Source: Thainema sp. (GTDB lineage Bacteria; Cyanobacteriota; Cyanobacteriia; Phormidesmidales; Phormidesmidaceae). From it: DNA of 64,000 nt. The stretch is taken from NCBI GenBank assembly GCA_052168235.1, contig JBQLZK010000030.1:1-64000 (forward strand), read 5' to 3'. Under the pieces are notes generated by a model. That model was not told where the DNA came from, made no database searches, and saw nothing but the letters and a program-made list of their open reading frames with translations. A program made the translations under genes and the position numbers. Shown in pieces: positions 1 through 9,802 of this stretch. Numbering within the stretch: position 1 is the first letter of the stretch; each line of letters begins with the position of its first letter.

Positions 1-117
1 CTTCGCTCACCTGCATTTCAGCCTTAGCGACCAAAATTTCTCCGATTCTATACATAGGCCTACCTGCACGTTCGCACATTAATGTGCGAACTGCGACATT
101 TAATGTGCGAATGTACA
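1..117 (-). mobile_element. Probable terminus of a Tn7-like / type V-K CAST-type transposon extending left out of the window
   Basis: Minus strand from 117 reads TGTACA-TTCGCACATTAAATGTCGC-AG-TTCGCACATTAATGTGCGAA: a TGTACA terminus followed by repeated TnsB-site-like motifs. It lies 13 bp beyond the 3' end of the tRNA-Thr fragment. No tns or cas genes are inside the window. Confidence 0.62.
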
Positions 118-129
118 GTAAAACAACAA

Positions 130-180
130 AAGCCGATGGCGGGATTTGAACCCGCGACCGCTCGATTACGAATCGAGTGC
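130..180 (-). repeat. att direct repeat (duplicated 3' portion of tRNA-Thr)
   Basis: AAGCCGATGG...GAATCGAGTGC is identical to 28151-28201 and lacks the first 22 nt of the tRNA. Confidence 0.95.
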
Positions 181-222
181 GAAATCTTATTTTACAAGGC
201 TTTCAGGTATCTAAAACTTTTT

Positions 223-242
223 TGATACCCATTTGATACCCA
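223..242 (+). promoter_or_regulatory. Putative integrase arm-type sites (2x TGATACCCA, 11-bp period)
   Basis: TGATACCCA at 223 and 234; the same motif occurs three times at 28001-28031. Confidence 0.7.
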
Positions 243-298
243 AAATCAATCGCTTCATATTGACTTCACAATGCAGAAGACCCAAAGGGAGACTGTGA

Positions 299-472
299 TT
301 AATCCTCTTCACTCTTCAGCAATCCTTTCGCTTTTGCCTCATCAACAGCTTTCTGAGCCAGCGTTACCAACATATTCGACATCGAACGATTTTCAATTTG
401 GCATAGTCGCTCAAAATCGTTTTTGAGGTCTGCTGGCATAACTACATTAATCCGTGGATTCTTCGCTGGCAT
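299..472 (-). CDS. Ribbon-helix-helix (CopG/Arc-like) DNA-binding protein
   Basis: From ATG 472: MPAKNPRINVVMPADLKNDFERLCQIENRSMSNMLVTL, a beta-strand plus two helices with the RS-S turn. Confidence 0.7.
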   Translation of the reverse strand: MPAKNPRINVVMPADLKNDFERLCQIENRSMSNMLVTLAQKAVDEAKAKGLLKSEED

Positions 473-661
473 CAGACAGTAACATTGCTCAACTTCATCA
501 TTCTGCCACTCCACCATACTTTTGGATTTAAGTGACGTTACCGTGACGTTACTGCTGTGTTATTCTGCATTTTGAGGGTTGTTTACCCTCTCAAAATGCA
601 AAGCCAGCCCCCGTAGTTTGCAGGCTTCAAGGGCTGGCACCCCTTACGGAGTAAAACCATC

Positions 662-913
662 ATGACAGATAACACATCTAGTGCGGTTATTGTTCCTTCT
701 GAGCAGCCGTTTATCGATTTGCGCGATCGCATTCCACCAGATATTTTGCGGGTATTAGCAATTGGTAGCCCTCAAGTGGTGGAAGATTGTGTGATGACGT
801 TGTTTCGGCTAGGCTATGCTCGACCGGAAGAATGGTCACAGCAGTTGCCAACGGCGAATCCGGGTGAAGTGATGCGGATTCTAACGAAGCGGGTAATGCT
901 GACGGAGCAGTGA
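662..913 (+). CDS. Small hypothetical protein of a cyanobacterial-type family
   Basis: 83-aa ORF with GGAG RBS; motif LGYARPEEWS..LPT.NPGEVMRIL; followed by a hairpin. Confidence 0.65.
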   Translation: MTDNTSSAVIVPSEQPFIDLRDRIPPDILRVLAIGSPQVVEDCVMTLFRLGYARPEEWSQQLPTANPGEVMRILTKRVMLTEQ

Positions 914-941
914 TAGATATTTTTCAATGTAAGAATTGATT

Positions 942-970
942 AAACCCGGTAATTCTATCGGGTTTTCTTT
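942..970 (+). terminator. Probable intrinsic terminator
   Basis: AAACCCGGTA-attc-TATCGGGTTT followed by a T-rich run. Confidence 0.5.
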
Positions 971-1069
971 TGGTCTGTAGAGTAAATGAACTGTAACGGT
1001 CATCAGGGGTTGAGGCTTTTATACTTGTGAAACTGTCTAATTTTTGTTGAACGTTATCCGGCTAGGCTT

Positions 1070-3307
1070 GTGACTCCAGATGAACTCAAACAGCTTGAAA
1101 ATGACCTTTGGAAGAGTGCTGATGATTTACGTGCCAATTCGTCGCTAAAGTCCAGTGAGTATGCAACACCTGTATTAGGTTTGATCTTTTTGAGGTTTGT
1201 CGATAACAAGTTTCGCCAGTATAAGGCAGAGATTCAGCAAGAATATGAAGCCTTGCAAGGGGGTAGACGAGAAAAGCCTATTCATGAAATAGCTCTTGCC
1301 AAATGTGGCTTCTATTTGCCGGATCATGCTCGGTATGACTATCTGCTGACGCTGCCAGGGAAAGAGGATATTGCTCAAGCGATCAAGAGGGCAATGGCAA
1401 CCATCGAGGAATATAAGCCGGAGTTGGCAGGTGTATTGCCACAAGATGAATATTTTCGGCTGGCGGGTAAGCGGGATGATGGTCTTTTAAGTGGTGATCA
1501 ATCCGATGGTAGTAACACCCTGCTGCAAAGACTGTTGAAAAATTTCTCAGATATTCCCGTTGATGCCACTGGGGATATGTTTGGGCAAATCTATCAGTAT
1601 TTCCTGCGAAACTTTGCTCTGGCAGAGGGACAAGGTGGCGGAGAGTTTTTCACGCCGGATTCTGTCGTGCGGCTGATGGTTGAAATTGTGGAGCCAAGGC
1701 CAGGGAAGTTGTTTGATCCGGCTTGTGGGTCGGGTGGAATGTTCGTTTGGTCGGGTAAGTACATCCAAGACCATGCGGAGGAAGACGGGACAAACCCCAA
1801 TGATTTTGTGGTGTATGGACAGGAAAAAACGCTAGAGACGGTAAAGCTAGCAAAGATGAATATTGCCATCAATGGCATTCGTGGGCATATTCAACAGGCG
1901 AATACTTACTATGAGGATGTTTTCAACAGCTTTGAAGCGTTCAATAATGTCCTAGCCAATCCACCGTTCAATGTAGATGATGTGAATCTAAGTCGGGTCA
2001 AGGCAGATCGGCGGTTCAATACTTATGGTGTGCCGCAAAAGAAAACGAAGACGAAGAAAAAAGATGAGGGAAAAGAAACCGTTCCCAATGCCAATTATCT
2101 CTGGATTAACCTGTTTGCAACTTCATTGATGCCAGAGGATAACAGAGCAGGTTTAGTCATGGCGAATTCGGCATCGGATGCGCGGCATTCTGAGGCGGAT
2201 ATTCGGCAAACGCTGATTGAGCAGAATTTGATTTACGCAATGCTGACGTTGCCGTCGAATATGTTCTATACGGTGACGCTACCAGCAACGCTATGGTTCT
2301 TCGACAAGGGAAAGGTAGACGAAAAAATTCTGTTTATTGATGCCCGCAATGTGTTTACCCAGATAGACCGTGCTCATCGCGAGTTTATAGAGGAGCAGGT
2401 ACTTAATCTGGGCATGATTAGCCATTTGCGACGAGGTAAACGGCATCGGTTTGTGAATCTAGTTGCCCGCTATTTTCGGCAGGGGATGGAAAGGCTTTGG
2501 GAGAATCAAGAGCAGGTGAAGCCTGTTTCGGCTCAACTGATTGCGGTGCTAGATGAGGATGGCGATCGCACTAAAGGCAAGGAAGCAGCGGTCAATTTTT
2601 TGCAGCGTTGGGACGGTTTTCAGGATTTAGAGACGCAATATCGAGGGTATGCGCAGCAACACATTGCCAAGGTTAATCCGTCTCGCGATGTTCCTTCAGA
2701 TGCTGACTCTTCAGACAGCGGAGAGGATAGGAGTTTTAGAGATTTGCCTGCGTTGAAGGGCAGTGAAGAGAATGAAGCCAGTGTTGATGAGTTGAACCAA
2801 GCACAGCATGAGCTGAGTCAGGCGTTTGAGCCGTTTTTTGCTCAACTGCATAAGGGATTGAAACAGTTAGATAAAACGATCCGTGCCCATGAGACGGCGC
2901 TGATTGAAAAGGCTAAGCAAGAGAGCGGTGGCAAGCGTACTCAAATTGATCGACAGGTTAAGGAACTGAAGGCAACGCTGGAAGAACTGCATCGGGATGT
3001 GAAGTCGGCAGAGTCATATTTTGGGCATATTCGCTGGCTGCAAGAGCGGTTTCCAGCAGCACGGTATGAGGATGTGACTGGGCTGTGCAAGCTGGCAACA
3101 ACCGATGAGGTGAAGGAGCAGGATTATTCGCTGAATCCGGGGCGTTATGTGGGGGTAGTGATTGAGGAGGATGGTAAGACGGAGGAGGAGTTTATCGACG
3201 AAATCTTAGACTTGAATCAGCAGTTGGAAAAGCTGAATCGAGAAGCACACCAGTTGGAACGGGTGATTGCGCATAATGTGAAACAGATATCTGGAGAGGG
3301 AGACTAA
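1070..3307 (+). CDS. hsdM: Type I R-M methyltransferase subunit M
   Basis: LWKSADDLRANS N-terminus, GEFFTP, FDPACGSGG (SAM binding), ANPPFN (catalytic), YSLNPGRYV C-terminus. Confidence 0.93.
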   Translation: MTPDELKQLENDLWKSADDLRANSSLKSSEYATPVLGLIFLRFVDNKFRQYKAEIQQEYEALQGGRREKPIHEIALAKCGFYLPDHARYDYLLTLPGKEDIAQAIKRAMATIEEYKPELAGVLPQDEYFRLAGKRDDGLLSGDQSDGSNTLLQRLLKNFSDIPVDATGDMFGQIYQYFLRNFALAEGQGGGEFFTPDSVVRLMVEIVEPRPGKLFDPACGSGGMFVWSGKYIQDHAEEDGTNPNDFVVYGQEKTLETVKLAKMNIAINGIRGHIQQANTYYEDVFNSFEAFNNVLANPPFNVDDVNLSRVKADRRFNTYGVPQKKTKTKKKDEGKETVPNANYLWINLFATSLMPEDNRAGLVMANSASDARHSEADIRQTLIEQNLIYAMLTLPSNMFYTVTLPATLWFFDKGKVDEKILFIDARNVFTQIDRAHREFIEEQVLNLGMISHLRRGKRHRFVNLVARYFRQGMERLWENQEQVKPVSAQLIAVLDEDGDRTKGKEAAVNFLQRWDGFQDLETQYRGYAQQHIAKVNPSRDVPSDADSSDSGEDRSFRDLPALKGSEENEASVDELNQAQHELSQAFEPFFAQLHKGLKQLDKTIRAHETALIEKAKQESGGKRTQIDRQVKELKATLEELHRDVKSAESYFGHIRWLQERFPAARYEDVTGLCKLATTDEVKEQDYSLNPGRYVGVVIEEDGKTEEEFIDEILDLNQQLEKLNREAHQLERVIAHNVKQISGEGD

Positions 3308-3310
3308 AGG

Positions 3311-3610
3311 ATGCAAACGATTCATGCCAAGGTGCAGGTTGGGACAGATCGCACCCTGCAAGTACAGTTACCAAATGATGTTCCGGTTGGTGAATATGAA
3401 GTTGTGTTGGTGCTGAATGAGGCTCATTCGGCACAGCAGGCATCTGATCCTGCGGATATGTCTCCCACGCAATTGGACGATGACATCGCCACTCGTTGGG
3501 AGCAATGGGTAGCTGAGGTTGAGCAACTTCCCCTATCACCGCAGCCTCCAGAGGGTGATTTTCAGCAGTACTTGGTTGAAAAGTATCGTCAGCAAGGATT
3601 GGACTTGTGA
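3311..3610 (+). CDS. Putative antitoxin of the PIN toxin
   Basis: 99 aa, acidic; LPNDVPVGEYEVVLVL N-terminus; overlaps the PIN gene start (GTGA). Confidence 0.65.
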   Translation: MQTIHAKVQVGTDRTLQVQLPNDVPVGEYEVVLVLNEAHSAQQASDPADMSPTQLDDDIATRWEQWVAEVEQLPLSPQPPEGDFQQYLVEKYRQQGLDL

Positions 3611-4017
3611 TCCTATGTGACACCGGAGTAATGCTTTGTTTGGTAGATCGCCATCAACCCCAACACCAAGCATACATTCGTGCGGTTGGACAACTTGAAA
3701 AGCCGCTCATGACAACTTGGGCCTGTCTGACCGAGGCGATGTATCTGGCGTTCAGCCGTGGTGGATGGCGGATGCAAAGGCAGCTAGCAAAGCTCTTGCT
3801 CAATAATTTTTTGGCGATTTACGACATTCAGCAGGAAGATTACGATCGCCTGTTTGCGCTAATGGAGCAGTATCAAGATCGACCGATGGATTTGGCCGAT
3901 GCCACGCTTGTCTTGACGGCTGAAAGAATGGCAGAAAATCGTATTTTGACCCTCGATTCTGATTTTCTGTTTTACCGTATTGCTGATCAGCAAAGTTTTG
4001 ATGTGATTCAGGTGTAG
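3607..4017 (+). CDS. PIN-domain (VapC-like) toxin
   Basis: ILCDTG, TWACLTEAMYL, MDLADATLV, ILTLDSDF: the PIN acidic residues. Confidence 0.88.
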   Translation: MILCDTGVMLCLVDRHQPQHQAYIRAVGQLEKPLMTTWACLTEAMYLAFSRGGWRMQRQLAKLLLNNFLAIYDIQQEDYDRLFALMEQYQDRPMDLADATLVLTAERMAENRILTLDSDFLFYRIADQQSFDVIQV

Positions 4018-4095
4018 AGAGTTTGGGACTACATTAGGAAGCACGTTAGCTAGAAGGGGTTATTGGAATAACGTAAATGCGATCGCAGGTGACTC

Positions 4096-5349
4096 ATGGG
4101 CAAATGGAAAAATAAGCAAATCCAGGAATTAGGTAGAGTCATCACTGGCAAGACGCCACCCAAAAGCGAAGAAAAATATTTTGATGGTGTGCATCTGTTC
4201 GTGTCTCCAAAGGATTTAGATTGGGACAAAACTTACGTATCAGAAACAGAAACAAGAATATCTAGGCAGGCACTTGATAAGTTCAAAAATCAGGTTATTC
4301 CTGCCAAATCTATTATGTATACGAGCTTAAGCTTTGCTTTTGGCAAGGTCGGGATTGCTAGTGAATCACTACTAACTAATCAGCAAATCAACTCAATAAT
4401 TGTCAACTCTGAACACGATTTTAGATTTGTCTATTATTTACTGCGTGCTAGCCGTCCAATCATTTTCTCCTTTAATTCTGGAATTGATACACCTATTGTT
4501 CCAAAATCAGTTTTTGAGCAAATCAAACTAAAATGTCCCCCACTCCCCATCCAAAAAAAGATCGCGGCGATTCTTTCTGCTTATGATGACCTGATTGAAA
4601 ACAACAATCGCCGCATTGCCCTACTGGAAAAAATGGCAGAGGAAATCTACCGCGAATGGTTTGTGCGGCTGCGCTTTCCGGGGCATGAGCAGGTCACATT
4701 TCACAAAGGCATTCCCGAAGGCTGGGAAATCAAACCATTTAGCCAGCTTGTTCTAATTAATCCACGCGAGAAATTGAATAAGTATGAGTCCAAGCCTTTT
4801 GTAGGTATGGGAGATTTATCATTGACATCAATGTTTTTTTCTTATAGTGAACATCGGCAAGGAAATTCTGGCTCAAAATTTAGAAATAATGATGTCCTTT
4901 TGCCTCGAATAACACCCTCTTTGGAAAATGGAAAACGTGGTTATGTCATGTGTTTGGAAGATAACCAGGTTGCGTTTGGATCAACTGAATTCATTGTGAT
5001 TAGAGCAAAAAATTTATGCTCTGAATATATCTACTTCTTGACTTGCCTAGCTGAGTTTAGAACACATGCGGAACAAAGTATGGTTGGTGCTTCCGGTCGG
5101 CAAAGAGTACATGAAGGTTGTTTCGATTGTTTCTTCGTTAAAGTTCCGCCACAAGGTTTAATGCAGCAGTTCTCAGAAATTATTAAACCATTTTTCTCGA
5201 AAATAAAAGCTCTCTACAGCTCGAATGAAAATCTACAACAGACCCGCGATCGCTTCCTTACTCGTCTCATCTCCGGCAAACTCTCCGTCGAAGACCTCGA
5301 TATCCAATTTCCGCCCAGCATGACAGCAGAGGTATCCCATGACGGATAA
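4096..5349 (+). CDS. hsdS: Type I R-M specificity subunit S
   Basis: Two TRDs; conserved PPLPIQKKIAAILSAYDDLIENN and RDRFLTRLISG segments. Confidence 0.92.
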   Translation: MGKWKNKQIQELGRVITGKTPPKSEEKYFDGVHLFVSPKDLDWDKTYVSETETRISRQALDKFKNQVIPAKSIMYTSLSFAFGKVGIASESLLTNQQINSIIVNSEHDFRFVYYLLRASRPIIFSFNSGIDTPIVPKSVFEQIKLKCPPLPIQKKIAAILSAYDDLIENNNRRIALLEKMAEEIYREWFVRLRFPGHEQVTFHKGIPEGWEIKPFSQLVLINPREKLNKYESKPFVGMGDLSLTSMFFSYSEHRQGNSGSKFRNNDVLLPRITPSLENGKRGYVMCLEDNQVAFGSTEFIVIRAKNLCSEYIYFLTCLAEFRTHAEQSMVGASGRQRVHEGCFDCFFVKVPPQGLMQQFSEIIKPFFSKIKALYSSNENLQQTRDRFLTRLISGKLSVEDLDIQFPPSMTAEVSHDG

Positions 5350-6346
5350 CCTCCAGCCCCAATTCACCGAAGTCCTCACCCTGATTCAAACCTCACAAAC
5401 CCAAGTCATCACCACTGCCAACCAAGCCCTGATCCAGCTTTACTGGGCCATTGGCCAATACATCAGCCAGCGGATGCAAACCGCCGAATGGGGACAAAAG
5501 ACCATTGAACAACTGGCAACCTTCATTCAAACCCAGGAACCCGGCATCAAAGGATTTGAGCGGCGCAATCTCTACCGGATGCGTCAGTTTTATGAGACCT
5601 ATCCCGATGCCGAATTTGTGTCATCACTGCTGACACAATTAAGCTGGACGCATCACTGCATCCTCATGTCTCGCTGCAAATCGCCGGAAGAAAGACAGTT
5701 TTATCTGCAACTTGCCACCAAAGAACGCTACAGCACCCGCGAACTAGATCGCCAAATCAACAGCGGCATCTTTGAACGAACTCGGCTTGCTGATGTCAAA
5801 CTCTCCTCAACCTTACAAACCCGATCTCAGCCCATTTCCGGCGTTTTCCGCGATAGCTACGTTCTCGACTTCCTCAACTTACCCCCTAGCCATTCTGAAA
5901 ACGACCTCAAGACCGCATTGATCTACTGCCTCAAAGACTTCATTCTCGAACTGGGGCGCGATTTCACCTTTCTCGGCGAAGAATATCGAATTCAAGTCGG
6001 CAACAGCGATTTCTTTATTGACCTGCTCTTTTACCATCGCGAACTCCAGAGCCTCGTTGCCTTTGAGCTGAAAATCGACAAATTCAAACCTGAATACCTG
6101 GGGCAACTCGAATTTTATTTGGAAGCCCTCGATCGCGACATCAAGAAACCCCACGAAAACCCCAGTATCGGCGTTTTACTCTGTCGTGACAAAGATGACG
6201 AAGTCGTGGAATACGCCACCAGCCGCTCTCTCAGCCCCACCGTTGTTGCTGAGTACGAAATCAAGCTTATCCCCAAAGAAACCCTGCGACGTAAACTCAA
6301 CGAATTCTATGAGCTTTTAGCTACTAATGATAATGATGTGGATTGA
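5339..6346 (+). CDS. YhcG/DUF1016-family PD-(D/E)xK nuclease-domain protein
   Basis: LYWAIG, RNLYRMRQFY, LSWTHH, FIDLLFYHR..LVAFELK, YLGQLEFYL motifs. Confidence 0.88.
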   Translation: MTDNLQPQFTEVLTLIQTSQTQVITTANQALIQLYWAIGQYISQRMQTAEWGQKTIEQLATFIQTQEPGIKGFERRNLYRMRQFYETYPDAEFVSSLLTQLSWTHHCILMSRCKSPEERQFYLQLATKERYSTRELDRQINSGIFERTRLADVKLSSTLQTRSQPISGVFRDSYVLDFLNLPPSHSENDLKTALIYCLKDFILELGRDFTFLGEEYRIQVGNSDFFIDLLFYHRELQSLVAFELKIDKFKPEYLGQLEFYLEALDRDIKKPHENPSIGVLLCRDKDDEVVEYATSRSLSPTVVAEYEIKLIPKETLRRKLNEFYELLATNDNDVD

Positions 6347-6487
6347 CGCTTCCCTAGCCATTCCCCTACGGAGATTAGAGAACATAAAGATTGGGTTATT
6401 TCAGGGCATTTTGCGGAAACTATTGCCAGAGTTGGGAAAGATAAAACAGTCAGCTCCCGTCTGTCCAGCCCTGACAGCATTTCCCCC

Positions 6488-9400
6488 ATGCCTAATTTCA
6501 TCACCGAAGACGACATCGAACAGGCAACCTTGCGAAAGCTCAACGCCTACGGCTTCCAACAGCTCAACTGCAACACTGCCAACCCAGACGACCTCAACGA
6601 TGGCTCAAATCGGAGTAACAAACGCGATGTCATCCTCAGCGATCGCCTCAAAGCCGCTGCATTGCGCCTCAATCCCGACATTCCCGAAACCGCCATCGAC
6701 CAAGCGCTGGCTGTACTGACCAAAAATCGGTCAGCCATGACTGCGATCGCCGCTAACCGTGAACTCGATGGACTGATCCGAGACGGCATCCAAGTCGAAT
6801 ATGAAAACGCCGAAGGTCGCACCGAATACGGACGAGTGCGCGTCATCGACTTCAATGATCCAAGTCCAACAGGCAACAACGAGTTTCTTGCCGTCTCCCA
6901 ATTGTGGATTCAAGGCGACATCTATCGCCGTCCCGATATTCTGCTCTATATCAACGGCTTACCGATTGTCTTTATCGAGTTGAAAAACTCCAACATCAGC
7001 GTCAGAGCTGCTTTTGACAAAAATCTAAACGACTATAAACGCGACATCCCCCAACTGTTCCACACCAACGCCGTTTGCATCTTGTCCAATGCCCTCGAAA
7101 CCAAAATCGGCAGCTTCACTGCCACCTGGGACTACTTCTTTAACTGGCTGAGAGTCGAAGACGAAAAGGAAAAAGTTGACCGAGCGCAAATCAAAGGCAG
7201 TGGCACGAGCCTCGAACGGGCGATCGATGGTCTGTGCCAACCTGCCAAACTACTGGATTACATCGAAAATTTCGTCATTTTTCACAAAGAAACCCAGAAA
7301 ATCATTGCTCAAAATCACCAGTTCATCGGCGTGAATCGAGCTATCGAGTCATTTATTCACCGTCAGGATAAAGACGGCAAACTAGGGGTTTTCTGGCATA
7401 CCCAAGGCTCTGGTAAGAGCTTTTCAATGATTTTCTATGTCCGCAAAATCTTTCGCAAACTGACGGGTAATTTCACCTTCGTCGTTGTCACTGACCGAGA
7501 CGACCTGGATCGGCAGATTTACAACAACTTTCTCAATACCCAAACCGTTGATAAAACCGAAGCCGCTCAACCCAGTAGCAGTCAAGACTTACGCGACACT
7601 TTGGCGAAGAATAAACGCATCGTCTTTACCCTGATCCACAAATTCCGCTACGACAAAGGCAAAAAGTATCCCGTATTGTGCGATCGCGATGACATCATCG
7701 TAATTGTGGATGAGGCCCACCGCACCCAATACAAATCCCTAGCGGAAAACATGCGGGCAGGCTTGCCCAATGCCAACTATCTGGCGTTTACAGGTACTCC
7801 TCTGCTTGGCAAAGATCGCAAGACTAACGCTTGGTTTGGCGATTACGTCAGCGAATACAATTTCTCTCAATCAATGGACGATGGCGCAACCGTGCCCTTG
7901 TTCTACGAAAAGCGCGTGCCAGAGGTGCTAATCCAGAACGAGGACTTGAGCGAAGAGTTCTATCAAATCCTGGAAGACGAAAACCTCGACGATACCCAGC
8001 AGGCCAAACTAGAGCGCAAATTTTCCAGCGAACTGGAAGTCATCAAACGCGATGATCGACTCAAACGGATTGCCGAAGATATCGTTTATCACTTTCCCCG
8101 TCGTGGCTATCTGGGCAAAGGCTTAGTCGTCTCCGTCGATAAGTTCACCGCCGTCAAGATGTACGAGAAGGTTCAACGTCGCTGGAAAGAAGAAATCAAG
8201 CATCTGGTTGGACGGATCAAGCAATCCAAAAACGACATCGAAAAAGCCCGACTCAAGAAGATCCTCAACTTCATGCGTGAAACTGAGATGGCGGTCGTCA
8301 TCAGTTTTGAAAATAGCGAAAAAGAAGTCGAGCGCTTTGCTAAAGAGGGTTTAGACATCAAACCTCATCGAGATCGCTATAACACCGTCGATGCTCAAGG
8401 TCATGGGGTTGAAGATCAGTTCAAAAATAACGAACATCCCCTACGCTTAGTTTTTGTTTGTGCCATGTGGCTCACTGGGTTTGACGTGCCCAGTTTGTCC
8501 ACGGTCTATCTCGACAAACCGATGAAAGACCATACCTTGATGCAAACCATCACCCGTGCCAATCGCGTTTGCGCCTACACCATCAATAGCGTCACCAAAA
8601 AGAACGGCGAAATCATCGACTATTACAACGTCTTCCGTAATATGCGGCGGGCACTCAAAGACTATGCCTTGGGCGATGACGGCAACACCGACGAAACCGA
8701 TCTCGACTCCCCCATCCAACAAAAAGCTAACCTGTTTGACCTGCTCGATGATGCGATCGCGCAAGGGTTAAGCTTTTGCCGCTCTCACGATATCGACTTG
8801 GAAAGCCTATCTAAACAAGATGACATCTTTCAGAACTTGAGCCAGTTCAACGATTTTGCAGATATTCTCTTGAGTCGGGATGAATGGCGTAAAGAATTCG
8901 CGGTATACGAAAATACCATCACCTCACTCTATGAAGCCTGCAAACCCGAAATTCTCAGTCAGCCAAGGCCATTAGTTAACGTCTTCCAATACCTACGCGG
9001 TATCATCGACAGCATTCTAGATCGACAAAATACCGATGCTGTCAGCCTGAAAATTGCTGACCTGCTGGACGAAAGCGTTATCACTGAAGAACAAGACTTT
9101 AGAGAAAAAGAGTACGGGGCAGAATACAAGATTGTCCAAACAGGTAAAACGTGGGATTTGAGCCATACTGACTTTGAGAAGCTCAAAACAGACTTCAAAG
9201 CCGCAAAACATAAGCACATTGAGATTGCCCACCTGCGAAGCTTCATTGAGGACAAACTCAAGAAGATGCTGCAACAGAACGTCACCCGTGTCGATTTTGC
9301 CCAACGCTTCCAAACCATTATTGATCGATATAACTCTGGTGCATCGGCCACTGAAAACGATTTCGAGGCACTGGTCAACTTTGCCGAAAATCTAAAAGAG

Positions 9401-9736
9401 GAAGATGAGCGGCATATTCGAGAAGGCTTAACCGAAGAAGAACTCGAACTGTTTGATTTACTGCAAAAGGACAAAATGACCGCTGCCGAAACGCAACAAA
9501 TCAAACTAGCTGCCAAATCTCTGCTCACTCGCCTAACAGAGGAACAGCCAAAAGTTCTCATTCAAGACTGGCATCGAGACGAGCAAAGCAAACTCAAGGT
9601 CAAATCTGCTGTTGAGGAAGTCCTCGACCAAAACTTACCCGATAGCTACACTCGCACCATTTTTGCCGCCAAGTGCAGCGAAATTTTTAACCTCATCTAT
9701 GACCGTGCCAATACAGGCAAAAAATGGGTGATGTAG
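6488..9736 (+). CDS. hsdR: Type I R-M restriction subunit R
   Basis: RPD..IELK nuclease motif, HTQGSGKS Walker A, DEAH, FTGTP, LTGFD helicase motifs. Confidence 0.94.
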   Translation: MPNFITEDDIEQATLRKLNAYGFQQLNCNTANPDDLNDGSNRSNKRDVILSDRLKAAALRLNPDIPETAIDQALAVLTKNRSAMTAIAANRELDGLIRDGIQVEYENAEGRTEYGRVRVIDFNDPSPTGNNEFLAVSQLWIQGDIYRRPDILLYINGLPIVFIELKNSNISVRAAFDKNLNDYKRDIPQLFHTNAVCILSNALETKIGSFTATWDYFFNWLRVEDEKEKVDRAQIKGSGTSLERAIDGLCQPAKLLDYIENFVIFHKETQKIIAQNHQFIGVNRAIESFIHRQDKDGKLGVFWHTQGSGKSFSMIFYVRKIFRKLTGNFTFVVVTDRDDLDRQIYNNFLNTQTVDKTEAAQPSSSQDLRDTLAKNKRIVFTLIHKFRYDKGKKYPVLCDRDDIIVIVDEAHRTQYKSLAENMRAGLPNANYLAFTGTPLLGKDRKTNAWFGDYVSEYNFSQSMDDGATVPLFYEKRVPEVLIQNEDLSEEFYQILEDENLDDTQQAKLERKFSSELEVIKRDDRLKRIAEDIVYHFPRRGYLGKGLVVSVDKFTAVKMYEKVQRRWKEEIKHLVGRIKQSKNDIEKARLKKILNFMRETEMAVVISFENSEKEVERFAKEGLDIKPHRDRYNTVDAQGHGVEDQFKNNEHPLRLVFVCAMWLTGFDVPSLSTVYLDKPMKDHTLMQTITRANRVCAYTINSVTKKNGEIIDYYNVFRNMRRALKDYALGDDGNTDETDLDSPIQQKANLFDLLDDAIAQGLSFCRSHDIDLESLSKQDDIFQNLSQFNDFADILLSRDEWRKEFAVYENTITSLYEACKPEILSQPRPLVNVFQYLRGIIDSILDRQNTDAVSLKIADLLDESVITEEQDFREKEYGAEYKIVQTGKTWDLSHTDFEKLKTDFKAAKHKHIEIAHLRSFIEDKLKKMLQQNVTRVDFAQRFQTIIDRYNSGASATENDFEALVNFAENLKEEDERHIREGLTEEELELFDLLQKDKMTAAETQQIKLAAKSLLTRLTEEQPKVLIQDWHRDEQSKLKVKSAVEEVLDQNLPDSYTRTIFAAKCSEIFNLIYDRANTGKKWVM

Positions 9737-9802
9737 TAGTGGATCTCATAACGAAGATGGAAAACTAATCCTAACGATCTAGATGAGTCCAGTATCTAAA
9801 AC

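Noticed and set aside
130..180. Second tRNA-Thr gene
   Set aside because: Lacks the 5' 22 nt (acceptor 5' strand and most of the D-arm); it is the att duplication.
8959..9561. 200-aa antisense ORF and other ORFs nested in hsdM, hsdR, uvrC, desA and the kinase
   Set aside because: They fully overlap well-supported genes and show no motifs.
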